NCBI GenBank assembly: GCA_944362965.1
Contig: CALVTR010000004.1
Coordinates: forward strand, 43,601 to 107,600
Source: an uncultured Clostridia bacterium
GTDB taxonomy: Bacteria > Bacillota > Clostridia > Christensenellales > UBA1242
Reading direction: 5' to 3'
DNA: 64,000 bases
The stretch's first letter is position 1. Each line of letters begins with the position of its first letter. Below the pieces are notes generated by a model. It was not told the origin of the DNA. It did no database searches and worked only from the letters and a program-made list of their open reading frames with translations. This document shows positions 1 through 9,945 of this stretch, in pieces. The position numbers and the translations under genes are program-made.

Positions 1-123
1 AAAAATGTTAAAATACCATTAAAATATCAATAAATTTAAAGTTTAACAATAATTTTATATTTTATTATCTATTTAATTATTTTTATTATTTATTAAATTA
101 ATAAAATAATCATTTTTAATTAT

Positions 124-2958
124 TTATTTTTTAAGCATATTTTTTAAATATTTTCCTGTGTAGGATTTTGAGCATTTTGCAACTTCTTCTGGAGTGCCTT
201 GTGTGACTATTTTCCCGCCACCGCTTCCACCTTCTGGACCTAAGTCAATGATATAATCGGCTGACTTGATAACGTCTAAATTATGCTCTATAACAACAAC
301 TGTGTTGCCATTTTCCACAAGTCTGTTGAGAATGGCTATAAGTTTTTTGATGTCATACATGTGAAGTCCTGTGGTTGGCTCGTCAAGTAGATAGATAGTT
401 TTGCCTGTTGATTTCTTAGAAAGCTCGGTTGCAAGTTTGACTCGTTGAGCTTCACCGCCCGATAATGTCGTGGCAGGCTGTCCAAGTTTGATATAATCAA
501 GACCTACGTCATGAAGTGCTTGAACTTTATTCTTTATAGATGGAATATTCTCAAAGAATTTAAGTGCTTCTTCCACTGTCATTTCAAGAACTTCTGATAT
601 GCTTTTGCCTTTATAGCGAACTTCAAGCGTTTCACGGTTATATCTATGCCCCTTGCAAGCTTCGCAAGGAACAACTATATCTGGCAAGAAATACATTTCA
701 ATCTCTTTGACGCCAGCACCTTCGCAGGCTTCGCAGCGTCCGCCCTTTACATTGAAACTAAATCTGCTTGCGGTATAACCTTTTGCTTTTGCGTCGGGTG
801 TGCTTGCAAAGAGTTCTCGTATTGCTGAGAACATTCCAACATAGGTTGCTGGGTTTGAACGTGGCGTTCTGCCTATTGGTGACTGGTCTATATCAATAAC
901 TTTATCAAGCAGTTCTACATTTTCAATCTTGTCAAATTTACCAAGTTCTAAGCGGCTGTTATTTAATGTGTTTGAAAGATATGGATAGACAACTTCATTC
1001 AACAGCGAAGATTTACCACTGCCCGACACACCTGTGATACACGTGAACACGCCTAGCGGAATATCTACATCAAGATTTTTAAGGTTGTTTTCCTTTGCTC
1101 CCCTTACCTTCAAGAAATTCTTTGGTTCTCTTCGAGTGGCAGGAACTTCTATCTTTTCTTCTCCTGTCAAGAACTTAGCCGTCACGGAATTTGGTGATTT
1201 TATGATATCTTCGTAAGTGCCATTGCCTACAATCTGTCCACCATGCACGCCCGCAAGTGGTCCAACGTCCACAATCCAATCGGCAGCACGGATTGTGTCT
1301 TCATCATGCTCAACAACAATTAAAGTGTTGCCAAGATCACGAAGATTGCGCAAGGTTTGAATAAGCCTATCGTTATCTCTTTGATGAAGACCAATAGATG
1401 GCTCGTCTAAGATATACAAAACGCCAGAAAGTCCGCTTCCTATCTGCGTGGCAAGTCTAATACGCTGAGACTCCCCGCCTGATAAAGTTTCTGCCGAGCG
1501 AGAAAGGGTTAAATATTCAAGACCGACATCTGACAAGAATTTTAATCTTGCCCTTATCTCTTTTAATATGCTCTTTGCAATCTCTTCCTTTTCTTTAGTC
1601 AAATTCAAATCGTCAAAATATGGAAGAAGCTCGCCAACTGACATGTCGCAAACCTGCGCTATATTTTTACCCTTTATCTTAACAGAAAGAGCACTTTCGT
1701 TTAGTCTTTGACCTTTACATGTTGGGCAAGTTATCTCTCTGACGAATTTGCCAATTTCAAAACGCACAAAGTCACTTTTACTCTCTGCTAGACGCCTTTT
1801 CAAATTGTTTATTATACCTTCAAAGGCAAGCGCCTTCTTTCCATTGAAATGCTCAAAGGTTTTATTTCTTGCTTCGCTTTCATATAAATCAAGTTTTTCG
1901 CCATTGTTGCCGTATAATAAAAGCTCTATCTGTTTGCGTGGAAGTTTCTCGACTGGACAATCCATATCTATATCATATTTTTTGCAAAGAGCTTTGATAT
2001 ATCGCTCAGCAAGTCCGCCACTATCTACTCGCCACCCTGTTGCGTTGAATGCCCCCTGATTGATTGAGAGATTTGCGTCCTTCAATATTATATCTTCTGA
2101 AACATCAGAATAAACACCAAGACCTGAACATGTTGGGCAAGCTCCATAAGGAGCATTGAATGAAAATAGACGTGGAGTGATTTCTTCAAGCGTCCAACCG
2201 CAATAAGGGCAGGCGTAGTTGGTTGAGAAAAGTTGCTCTTTATCATCATTTTCTACAATAACAAGCCCTTCTGCAAGTTTAACTGCAGTTTCTATACTGT
2301 CGGTTAGACGCGAGTTTATTCCGTCTTTAAGCACAAGCCTATCGACCACTACCCTTATATTGTGCTTGATATTTTTGTCAAGATTTATCTCTTCGTCTAG
2401 CATATATATGCTGCCGTCAACTTGAACACGGGTGAAGCCTGACTTTTTTAAACTTTCAAATTGCTTTGCGAATGTTCCTTTTTGACCGCGAACGATTGGG
2501 GCAAGTATTGTCAATTTACTACCGCTATTGTATGCAAGAACTGCGTCCACAATCTGGTCTATTGTCTGTTGGGATATAGGCTTTTTACAATGTGGACAAT
2601 ATGGCGTTCCAACACGTGCAAAAAGAAGTCTGAGATAGTCATATATCTCAGTCACCGTGCCAACTGTTGAACGTGGGTTATGATTTGTTGTCTTTTGATC
2701 AATAGAAATTGCCGGGCTTAAGCCGTCAATAGACTCAACATCTGGTTTCTGTGCCTGACCTAAGAATTGACGTGCATAGGAAGAAAGGCTTTCAATATAG
2801 CGTCTTTGTCCTTCTGCAAAAATTGTGCCAAAGGCAAGGCTAGATTTGCCCGAACCACTGACACCTGTGAAAACCACTAGTTTATTTTTAGGAATTTCTA
2901 AATCTATATTTTTTAAATTATTTTCTTTTGCACCTTTAATTATAATCTTATCTTTCAT
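124..2958 (-). CDS. uvrA: Excinuclease ABC subunit A (UvrA)
   Basis: 944-aa ORF with two ABC ATPase modules ([10 protein letters not shown] twice, LSGGE signatures) and Zn-finger Cys pairs (CPHC, CPYC, CPTC, CEAC). Full-length UvrA layout; ATG at 2956-2958. Confidence 0.97.
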   Translation of the reverse strand: MKDKIIIKGAKENNLKNIDLEIPKNKLVVFTGVSGSGKSSLAFGTIFAEGQRRYIESLSSYARQFLGQAQKPDVESIDGLSPAISIDQKTTNHNPRSTVGTVTEIYDYLRLLFARVGTPYCPHCKKPISQQTIDQIVDAVLAYNSGSKLTILAPIVRGQKGTFAKQFESLKKSGFTRVQVDGSIYMLDEEINLDKNIKHNIRVVVDRLVLKDGINSRLTDSIETAVKLAEGLVIVENDDKEQLFSTNYACPYCGWTLEEITPRLFSFNAPYGACPTCSGLGVYSDVSEDIILKDANLSINQGAFNATGWRVDSGGLAERYIKALCKKYDIDMDCPVEKLPRKQIELLLYGNNGEKLDLYESEARNKTFEHFNGKKALAFEGIINNLKRRLAESKSDFVRFEIGKFVREITCPTCKGQRLNESALSVKIKGKNIAQVCDMSVGELLPYFDDLNLTKEKEEIAKSILKEIRARLKFLSDVGLEYLTLSRSAETLSGGESQRIRLATQIGSGLSGVLYILDEPSIGLHQRDNDRLIQTLRNLRDLGNTLIVVEHDEDTIRAADWIVDVGPLAGVHGGQIVGNGTYEDIIKSPNSVTAKFLTGEEKIEVPATRREPKNFLKVRGAKENNLKNLDVDIPLGVFTCITGVSGSGKSSLLNEVVYPYLSNTLNNSRLELGKFDKIENVELLDKVIDIDQSPIGRTPRSNPATYVGMFSAIRELFASTPDAKAKGYTASRFSFNVKGGRCEACEGAGVKEIEMYFLPDIVVPCEACKGHRYNRETLEVRYKGKSISEVLEMTVEEALKFFENIPSIKNKVQALHDVGLDYIKLGQPATTLSGGEAQRVKLATELSKKSTGKTIYLLDEPTTGLHMYDIKKLIAILNRLVENGNTVVVIEHNLDVIKSADYIIDLGPEGGSGGGKIVTQGTPEEVAKCSKSYTGKYLKNMLKK

Positions 2959-3012
2959 AATTTTATTATACCACTTTTATTATTAACTAACAAATTTTTA
3001 ATATGATTACAT

Positions 3013-3043
3013 AAAAAAATCAAACAATTTTGTTTGACTTTTT
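3013..3043 (-). terminator. Rho-independent terminator, bidirectional shape, after the 3125-3976 gene
   Basis: A-run, stem TCAAACA, loop ATTT, stem TGTTTGA, T-run. The minus-strand reading ends in T7. Confidence 0.6.
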
Positions 3044-3124
3044 ATTTCGTAAATATAAACTAATCCTTCTCTTTTCCTGCATAAATGCCTTTTATATAAT
3101 ACTATTTTTAATTAGCTCCAACCT

Positions 3125-3976
3125 TCAGGAACTTCTTGAATTTCTCTCTATAACTCCATCGCTTTGCTCTATTATTTCTGCGGTTATTCTGAAGTTTTCA
3201 TCAAAGCTATAATAGACAGTTGTTGAGTTATCATTGAGAACAAGATATAAATTGTATGAGCCTTGATAGAAATCTAAGCTTACATCATCAACTGTGGCTA
3301 TCTCTGTGAACGCACCATGAATAAAATTGTAGACAAAATTTTCAAATGGCGTTTTGTTTGAATCCAAAGGAATTGATAGAATTTCGCCCATAGCTTCTTC
3401 CATAGTTGAAGATGTCTGCGTCCCTGTGAATGTGTCTGGGGTATAATGATATCTAATTCCATCGCTATAAAAGTAAACATCATCATAAGTTTCGTATCCC
3501 TTGATATATATTTGTTCATTTGAAATATAGCTTTCAAGTGCATTTATAGCACCATCCAAATTTACACTTTGATATAGGCTTGTTGTATCGCTATAGCCTT
3601 GCAAAACCATCTCTTCAAGCCCTGCAATATCTATCACTTGAACGTCATAGCTTGTGCTAAACCCGTTATATGAAATATTTATTGTCTGCAAACCAAGAAT
3701 TGAGCTGTCAAAATTTGATGTGTCTAAAGTGAAGTCATATATTCGCTCTTCTTTGCCTTCATAGCAGTAGATAACTGCTAAATTTTCTTGATTTATTTCT
3801 GAATTTTGCAAGATATATTTTTGAGAATTTTGGGCGTCAACAACTATTTGATTTTGATAAGCTGGAGATTTTTCTTGCTCTGCATTGTCACCTAGATATA
3901 TAAACAAATATATAAGTCCACCTAGAATGCATGCCGCAAGAATAATTGAAATGATGCTAACAACTTTTTTATTCAT
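3125..3976 (-). CDS. Membrane-anchored hypothetical protein (N-terminal TM helix, beta-rich extracellular part)
   Basis: 283-aa ORF; AAAAGGAGAAATT RBS before the ATG; hydrophobic N-terminus VVSIISIILAACILGGLIYLFIYL; no family motif recognised. Confidence 0.7.
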   Translation of the reverse strand: MNKKVVSIISIILAACILGGLIYLFIYLGDNAEQEKSPAYQNQIVVDAQNSQKYILQNSEINQENLAVIYCYEGKEERIYDFTLDTSNFDSSILGLQTINISYNGFSTSYDVQVIDIAGLEEMVLQGYSDTTSLYQSVNLDGAINALESYISNEQIYIKGYETYDDVYFYSDGIRYHYTPDTFTGTQTSSTMEEAMGEILSIPLDSNKTPFENFVYNFIHGAFTEIATVDDVSLDFYQGSYNLYLVLNDNSTTVYYSFDENFRITAEIIEQSDGVIERNSRSS

Positions 3977-4062
3977 AATTTCTCCTTTTAGTCAAAAACA
4001 TTTTAACATAGAAGCTTTGCATTGTCAATGGAAAAATTTGCAATTTATTAACATATTAGATT

Positions 4063-4091
4063 AAAAAATCAAACAAAAATGTTTGATTTTT
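4063..4091 (-). terminator. Rho-independent terminator after the WG-repeat gene
   Basis: A-run, stem ATCAAACA, loop AAAA, stem TGTTTGAT, T-run. The stem is nearly identical to the one at 3013-3043. Confidence 0.6.
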
Positions 4092-4106
4092 AGTGTAAAT
4101 TAAATT

Positions 4107-4892
4107 TTATTCTCGCTCAATATCTTCTATGATTTTGCCTGTTTTATCACAATACTGTTTGCTGCCATCAGGTTTTGTTAATTCATAATCTTGCCCATAA
4201 TTTTTGATACTTTTATATTCACATGGAAGGAGCAATTCTCCTTCAGGGCTATATAGCCCATACTGACCACCCTGCTTCGCGGCTACTACCACATTAGTTG
4301 GTTGTATATCTTCAAATTCAAAAGGCAAAATTTGGTTACCTTGTAAATCAAATAATCCAAGTTTTCCATTTTCTTCCTTTTGAATAATATAGTAATCAAG
4401 CACTTTTTTCACCGCATAATATAAACAAGGAATAGTCTCCTGCCCATTTTCATCACAAAAGCCCATATTGATATGGGTTTCCTTCTCCCAATCATACAAA
4501 GGCTCTTCCTTTTGTTGACTTTCAAGTTCTTCATCAATTTGCCCAACCGTAAAGCCACCTTTTACCCTGCCGATTGAATAGTATTTTGCAGGAATAATTT
4601 GTTTGCCATCTCTATCAATATAGCCAAGTTGCAAATTTTGCACAAAAATAAACCCTGCAATTTCGTGTTTCTGATAATCATATTCTGGAATAAGACCTTC
4701 GTAAGTTGGCGGAATAATTTCTCCCCTTTCTGCATCAACATAACCGAATTTATAACCATTTTCAATTTGCACCTTAGTTATAAATCCATTAAATGAATTT
4801 TGAACTTCATCAAAAGGTCCAAATTTTTCATTTTCTGATTCCAAAAAATATACCGCTTTTTCTTCTGTAAATTCCAATTTCTCTTTTAGCAT
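4107..4892 (-). CDS. WG-repeat (KWG-like) protein
   Basis: Repeated G(Y/F)(V/I)D..G..IIP..Y units (GYVDAERGEIIPPTYE, GYIDRDGKQIIPAKYY, GFCDENGQETIPCLYY). The ORF track starts at 4913, but AAAGGTGGA lies just upstream of the internal ATG (MLKEKLEF) at 4892. Confidence 0.75.
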   Translation of the reverse strand: MLKEKLEFTEEKAVYFLESENEKFGPFDEVQNSFNGFITKVQIENGYKFGYVDAERGEIIPPTYEGLIPEYDYQKHEIAGFIFVQNLQLGYIDRDGKQIIPAKYYSIGRVKGGFTVGQIDEELESQQKEEPLYDWEKETHINMGFCDENGQETIPCLYYAVKKVLDYYIIQKEENGKLGLFDLQGNQILPFEFEDIQPTNVVVAAKQGGQYGLYSPEGELLLPCEYKSIKNYGQDYELTKPDGSKQYCDKTGKIIEDIERE

Positions 4893-5015
4893 TTTTAATC
4901 CACCTTTAATCAAATTTTAACATAGAAAAAAAGTAAAGTCAATATTAAATGTAGTAATAATTTTTTAATTGCTATTTAGATTGCTTTTTTAATATTTATG
5001 GAACTTGCAAATATT

Positions 5016-6986
5016 TTATTTTGATTTTGTTTTTGTTAGCTTTTCAAGCTGTTTGCGGAGTTTTTGAATTTGGTTGCGAAGCTCTATTGCCCTTTCAAAG
5101 TCGAGTGCACCAGATGCCACCTTCATCATTGCAGTAAGTTTTTCAATCTCAGCAGGGATTTCTTCCTTCTTAATCTTTCCGTCATCCACTTTCTTAGTTA
5201 TCTCTAAGCTGTTCTTTACTTCTTTAATAATGGTTTTAGGTGTTATTCCATGCTCTTTATTGAACTTTTCTTGAAGCTCTCGACGTTTTCTTGTTGTCTC
5301 TATCGCACGTTTCATGGAGTCTGTTTCAACATCGGCATACATTATAACCCTGCCATTTGCATTTCTAGCAGCACGCCCTATTGTTTGAATTAAGGCTCCT
5401 TCACTTCGCAGGAAGCCTTCCTTATCGGCATCAAGAATAGCGACAAGCTCAACTTCAGGCATATCAAGCCCTTCACGCAAAAGATTGATACCAACAAGCA
5501 CGTCAAACTCGCCTGAGCGAAGTCCATTGATAATCTCAACACGTTCCATTGTGTCTATCTCTGAGTGCATATATTTTGTTTTGAAATTATGCTCTTGTAA
5601 GTATGTTGTCAGGCTTTCCGCCATCTTCTTTGTCAGCGTTGTGACAAGCACACGTGCGTTATGTGAAATCACATTTTTTATTTCAAGCATTAAATCTTCA
5701 ATTTGATTTTTAATTGGTTTTACTTCAATTAACGGGTCTAAAAGTCCAGTTGGGCGAATAACTTGCTCAACAACTTGTCCTGCTCGTGAAAGTTCGTATT
5801 GTGCTGGTGTGGCTGACACATACATGACCTGCCCTATCTTGCTTTCAAACTCGTCAAAAGTAAGTGGTCTATTGTCTCTTGCAGCGGGCAGACGAAACCC
5901 ATATTCAACAAGTGATTGCTTTCTTGCTTTGTCACCATTATACATTGCTCTAATCTGTGGGAGCGTCATGTGACTTTCATCTATGATTGTTAAAAAACCT
6001 TTTGGGAAATAGTCGATAAGTGTGTAAGGTGGCTCGCCGGGTTTTCTGCCATCAAAATATCGTGAATAGTTTTCAATACCGCTGCAGTAGCCCACTTCCT
6101 TCATCATCTCTATATCATAGGCAACACGTTGCCCTATTCGCTCGGCTTCAATAAGTTTGCCCTGTTTTGTAAACTCGTCAATCGCAATCTCCCTATCTCT
6201 TTCAATTTCTTTTATTGCTTGTTCAAGCCTATTTCTGCCAACCGCATAGTGCGTTGCAGGATAAATTGAAACAACCTTAAGCTCGTTGATAAGATTGCCT
6301 GAAACAGGCTCAAAATTGTATATCTTCTCTATCTCATCACCGAAAAAACGAACTTTTATCGCAAGTTCTGATTGGTTTGCTGGAAAAATGTCCACCGTGT
6401 CCCCCTTTACACGAAAGGTTGAACGCTTGAAATCAATGTCATTTCTAGTGTATTGAATGTCAATAAGGCGGCTGATAAGCTCATCCCTATCAATCATGTC
6501 GCCTTCGCGAAGTGAGATGTGCAAGTTGTAGTATTCATCAGGGTTGCCCAAGCCGTAGATACATGAAACTGACGCGACTATAATCACGTCGTCTCGCTCG
6601 AGTATTGACGAAGTGGCAGAAGAACGGAGCTTATCTATCTCATCATTGACCGCCATATCTTTCTCAATATATGTATCTGAAGAGACTATGTAGGCTTCTG
6701 GCTGATAATAATCATAATAGGAAACAAAATATTCAACCCGATTGTGCGGGAAAAATTCTCGAAATTCATTGCAAAGCTGAGCCGCAAGGGTTTTATTATG
6801 TGCAATAACAAGCGTTGGCTTTTTCATCTTTTGAATAAGATTTGCCATTGTAAAAGTTTTTCCGCTGCCTGTAACCCCTAAAAGCACCTGTTCTTTCAGC
6901 CCTTCTTGGAAACCTTCAACAAGTTTTTCTATAGCTTGTGGTTGGTCGCCTGCCGGTTTGTATTTAGATACCAATTCAAAATCCAT
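5016..6986 (-). CDS. uvrB: Excinuclease ABC subunit B (UvrB)
   Basis: 656-aa ORF; helicase motifs GVTGSGKT and DESH; C-terminal UVR coiled-coil ([17 protein letters not shown]). Confidence 0.97.
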   Translation of the reverse strand: MDFELVSKYKPAGDQPQAIEKLVEGFQEGLKEQVLLGVTGSGKTFTMANLIQKMKKPTLVIAHNKTLAAQLCNEFREFFPHNRVEYFVSYYDYYQPEAYIVSSDTYIEKDMAVNDEIDKLRSSATSSILERDDVIIVASVSCIYGLGNPDEYYNLHISLREGDMIDRDELISRLIDIQYTRNDIDFKRSTFRVKGDTVDIFPANQSELAIKVRFFGDEIEKIYNFEPVSGNLINELKVVSIYPATHYAVGRNRLEQAIKEIERDREIAIDEFTKQGKLIEAERIGQRVAYDIEMMKEVGYCSGIENYSRYFDGRKPGEPPYTLIDYFPKGFLTIIDESHMTLPQIRAMYNGDKARKQSLVEYGFRLPAARDNRPLTFDEFESKIGQVMYVSATPAQYELSRAGQVVEQVIRPTGLLDPLIEVKPIKNQIEDLMLEIKNVISHNARVLVTTLTKKMAESLTTYLQEHNFKTKYMHSEIDTMERVEIINGLRSGEFDVLVGINLLREGLDMPEVELVAILDADKEGFLRSEGALIQTIGRAARNANGRVIMYADVETDSMKRAIETTRKRRELQEKFNKEHGITPKTIIKEVKNSLEITKKVDDGKIKKEEIPAEIEKLTAMMKVASGALDFERAIELRNQIQKLRKQLEKLTKTKSK

Positions 6987-7095
6987 ATAAAATTCCTTTT
7001 TAAAATATTTTCATACATATTATATACTAATATCCATGTTTTTTTAAAATGATTTTTCTAAATTTTAATCTATAAAAACTTATAAGAATATTTTA

Positions 7096-7458
7096 CTAAC
7101 TTTTAAAAATAGCTTTTAATATCAAACCGAAAACAAAGCTGAGTGTCGCGAGAAATATACTACGTAAAACAAGCATCAATAATGCTTTTTTCTGCTTTTT
7201 TGCATCAGATAAATATGTTTGCCCTTTCTTTTTTAATTTTACACAATAAAAATAACCATTTTTACTATCAGATACCACAAAATCTATATAATTTTGAAGT
7301 GATAGACTTGCCATAATTTCATCAATTTCACTGACTGAAAGCACTATTTTATTGCAGATTGCCTTTGCAATCTCATGCGGAGAAATAAGGTAAGTTTTCT
7401 TACCCGCACAAGCCTTACATAAATATTTTAAAACCAATTTTTCCTTTCTATCTGGCAT
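7096..7458 (-). CDS. Small protein with a possible winged-helix N-terminal half and a C-terminal TM helix (paralog of 10031-10405)
   Basis: 120 aa; N-terminal KLVLKYLCKAC..ISPHEIA; basic linker KKQKK; then hydrophobic LLMLVLRSIFLATLSFVFGLIL. Aligns along its length with the 124-aa ORF at 10031. The SD is far (about 14 nt) from the ATG. Confidence 0.55.
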   Translation of the reverse strand: MPDRKEKLVLKYLCKACAGKKTYLISPHEIAKAICNKIVLSVSEIDEIMASLSLQNYIDFVVSDSKNGYFYCVKLKKKGQTYLSDAKKQKKALLMLVLRSIFLATLSFVFGLILKAIFKS

Positions 7459-7724
7459 TGTAAAAAATAATTCTCCTTATATTATTTTTACACAATAATA
7501 AAAAATTATTAAAATAAAGATAAAATAAAGAAAAAATAGGTGCAAATCAAAATAAATTAAATCAATAAATAAAAAATATATAATTAAAATAAAATTAAAA
7601 AAATTAGAATTATCAAAAATATAAAATAAAATTTTAACTAAATTTTTAAATAACGAAAAATAATAAAAATTAATTAAAATTAAAAATTAAATTTGAAAAA
7701 TAATATAAAATTAAATTTAAATAA

Positions 7725-7756
7725 TAAAAAATCGCAGATTAAACTGCGAAATTTTA
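7725..7756 (-). terminator. Rho-independent terminator after LRR gene 1
   Basis: Stem TCGCAG, loop ATTAAA, stem CTGCGA, flanked by A- and T-runs. The minus-strand reading ends in T6. Confidence 0.6.
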
Positions 7757-7787
7757 TTTGTAAAAATATTTTAATTTATTTGATATA

Positions 7788-9065
7788 TTAATTTCTTGTA
7801 AATACATAGTATCCATCAGTAAGTGCACCCTGTGTGAAATTACTTGCAAGATAACTGCCCATTGTGATACTTTCATTCTCCACAATCGCCTGTGGCACAT
7901 AAACTGTATCAGCATAGTAAAGTATATAGCCACAAGAAGTTTGCGAAGTCACACTTGTATAAATATACTCATTTATAGTAACTGTTTCAAGACCATAGCA
8001 ACTTTCAAAAGCACTATCTCCTATACTTGTTACACTTGATGGGATTGCTATACTTGTTAAACTACTACAACCATAGAAAGCATTGTTCCCTATACTTGTC
8101 ACACTATCAGGAATTATTATGCTTGTTAAACTACCACAACCAAAGAAAGCAGAACTACTTATACTTTCCAAACTAAATTCATAAGGAAAAGTATCTGCTA
8201 TATAGATTGCCGATGGGATTACCAAATCTCCTATTACACTTGTATTACAACCCGATACACTTGCTATGCCTGTTGAAACTGTATAACGATATGTCAAATT
8301 ATTATTTGCTGTATCAAATATTGCATAATAGGTTGTTGGTGAATTCTCGGTGAAAGTGAAGGTATAGTCGGCAAGGGTTGATACAAGTTCTCCGTCTACA
8401 TCTAACCAACATAAGAAGACGGCATCCGCATTGCCTGTAAAATCTGCTTGCAAGGTGACTCTGCTCCCAACCATTGCATAGCCTTCGCTTTCAGCTGTGC
8501 CTAGTATTTCTCCAGTATCTGTTTGTCCTAGTGCTATGGTCTCAACCATTTGTGGCACATACTCTTCTATCGTGATTGTAATTCCATCTAAAGAGATATT
8601 GCCTGTTGTTCCGCTTGCTGATTGAATAGTCAGGGTTATTGTGCCTGAGATGTCTGCGGTTGTAACGTTTTCTATCGGAGTTTCAGATGCGGCTGCTATT
8701 GTTCCGCTTGTAGTTAGCGTCACTCCACTACCACCTGTGGCAGTTGCTTGATAGGCTGTCTGTGTGGTATTAACAAAGTCAAAATATACATTGACTGACC
8801 CGCTGCTTGATTGAACTGTGCCTAAGTTAAGGTCTATCGACTGATTTATGTGGCCCGGAATAAAATCGTCTATAGTTGTGGCGGCACCCGTTGGCTCTGT
8901 CTGCACACGTATATCTCTTATATACAAGCTTGTGTCGCCAATGTTAAACTCCACACTTCCCTTAAGATTTATTGTCTGCGTAGCAGCATACACTCCTATG
9001 ATTAGCACTCCTAACATAAGCATAAATAATGAAATACATGAAATTAATTTTATTTTTAATGACAT
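7788..9065 (-). CDS. Secreted/surface leucine-rich-repeat protein (BspA-type LRR), paralog 1
   Basis: 425 aa; TTAAGGAGG RBS; hydrophobic N-terminal signal MSLKIKLISCISLFMLMLGVLIIGVYAATQ; C-terminal 23-aa repeats IPDSVTSIGNNAFYGCSSLTSI. N-terminus and central region are homologous to 53005-54963. Confidence 0.85.
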   Translation of the reverse strand: MSLKIKLISCISLFMLMLGVLIIGVYAATQTINLKGSVEFNIGDTSLYIRDIRVQTEPTGAATTIDDFIPGHINQSIDLNLGTVQSSSGSVNVYFDFVNTTQTAYQATATGGSGVTLTTSGTIAAASETPIENVTTADISGTITLTIQSASGTTGNISLDGITITIEEYVPQMVETIALGQTDTGEILGTAESEGYAMVGSRVTLQADFTGNADAVFLCWLDVDGELVSTLADYTFTFTENSPTTYYAIFDTANNNLTYRYTVSTGIASVSGCNTSVIGDLVIPSAIYIADTFPYEFSLESISSSAFFGCGSLTSIIIPDSVTSIGNNAFYGCSSLTSIAIPSSVTSIGDSAFESCYGLETVTINEYIYTSVTSQTSCGYILYYADTVYVPQAIVENESITMGSYLASNFTQGALTDGYYVFTRN

Positions 9066-9149
9066 TCTATTAACCTCCTTAATTTATATAGTTTGTCTGA
9101 AGCAATTATTTTTATGTAAAATTTGTCTATTTTTGCATTTTACAACCAC

Positions 9150-9178
9150 ACTATAGCATATTTAAAAAAGTCAGTAAC
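9150..9178 (-). promoter_or_regulatory. Proximal extended -10 promoter candidate for LRR gene 1
   Basis: Minus strand reads GTTACT, 17 nt, TGCTATAGT. The same positions are conserved upstream of LRR gene 2 (GTGACA, 17 nt, TGCTATATT). Confidence 0.5.
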
Positions 9179-9488
9179 AGGGGTGACGGCACGATGGCAT
9201 CAAACCACGACCCGAATTTTTCAAGCCTGACGCTTGGCGGTTATCCGGCAGAGTGAGAATAAGAGATAAGCTATATCTCCGCTCTTAAGCCAAATGTTCG
9301 AAGGCTGTCCGATTAAGCGTATTGAAGTTTTAAACTCCATCTCCGCTCTCTAAGCCTAACGCTTGGCGATTGTCCGCGAGCTAGATGCTCGGCGTTTGTC
9401 CGGCAGAGTGACATGAAAGAATAGTCTTTATTCCCGCTCTCTTTAACCATATGTTTGACGGCTGTCTATGTGAGCGAGCTTTGCTGCA

Positions 9489-9581
9489 GGTGTGAGAAGG
9501 CATGTGCATTTTTAAAATGCACATGAAGGCAAAAGTCTTTGCCTTCTAAAAGGCTTGTCAGCCTTTTATGCCTTCTCACAC
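9489..9581. repeat. Three-hairpin unit A (outer 14-bp stem enclosing three hairpins)
   Basis: Outer GTGTGAGAAGGCAT / ATGCCTTCTCACAC. Hairpins: TGTGCATTTT/AAAATGCACA, GAAGGCAAA/TTTGCCTTC, AAAAGGCT/AGCCTTTT. Confidence 0.8.
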
Positions 9582-9631
9582 TCGCGGCGAAGCCGCTCGC
9601 GATGGACATAGTATATCCATCTTTTGCTATT

Positions 9632-9659
9632 AGTATACCCCCCCAGCAACCCTTGTCAA
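9632..9659 (-). promoter_or_regulatory. Promoter-like box with a homopolymer in the spacer (R1)
   Basis: Minus strand reads TTGACA (9654-9659), a 16-nt spacer containing G7 (C7 at 9638-9644 on plus), then TATACT (9632-9637). Confidence 0.45.
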
Positions 9660-9852
9660 CAAATTTTAAGCATTTTTTCAAAATTTTTTAAAAAATTTTA
9701 TTTTTTCGGATTTTTGGTTCAAAAGCGGAAATATAGTTTGTCTCTTATTCTCACCCTGCCGGATAGTCGCCAAGCGTTAGGCTTGCGGACAGTGATGCAA
9801 ACTAAGTTTGCTGTCGAACATTTGGTTCGCTGACAGTCTCCAAGCGTTAGAT

Positions 9853-9945
9853 TGCAAGCGAAAGGGTGATTTTTTGCTTCAGTAAAAAATCACAATAGGC
9901 AAATGCCTATCAAAAAACTCGCAAGAGTTTTTCCATTCGCTTGCA
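9853..9945. repeat. Three-hairpin unit B
   Basis: Outer TGCAAGCGAA / TTCGCTTGCA. Hairpins: GTGATTTTTT/AAAAAATCAC, ATAGGCA/TGCCTAT, AAAAACTC/GAGTTTTT. Confidence 0.8.

Noticed and set aside
7459-7787. Long A/T-only intergenic regions (also 31758-32042 and 43211-43425) as a possible replication origin.
   Set aside because: I found no DnaA-box-like TTATCCACA/TGTGGATAA motifs and no dnaA or dnaN nearby. The regions look like phased A/T-tract spacers common to this genome.
9221-9470. The M-unit arrays (roughly 36-nt repeat plus 28-55-nt intervening sequence), here and at 55130-55480, superficially resemble a CRISPR array.
   Set aside because: The repeats are degenerate rather than near-identical. 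The spacers are themselves conserved between R1, R2 and R3 (for example GCAGAGTGAGAATAAGAGATAAGCTAT and ATTAAG.GT.T..AAGTTTTAAACT.CA). The same units occur inverted on the other side of the core, and no cas gene is in the window.
9466-9833. Small ORFs inside R1 and R2: 9466-9681 (minus), 9624-9833 (plus), and 55474-55698, 55478-55729 and 55493-55711. This includes a shared peptide start MSIASGFAASVRRH.
   Set aside because: They overlap each other on both strands and lie within palindromic, repeat-built sequence. They lack convincing RBSs. Their similarity ends exactly at the inversion boundary, as expected for nucleotide-level rather than protein-level conservation.
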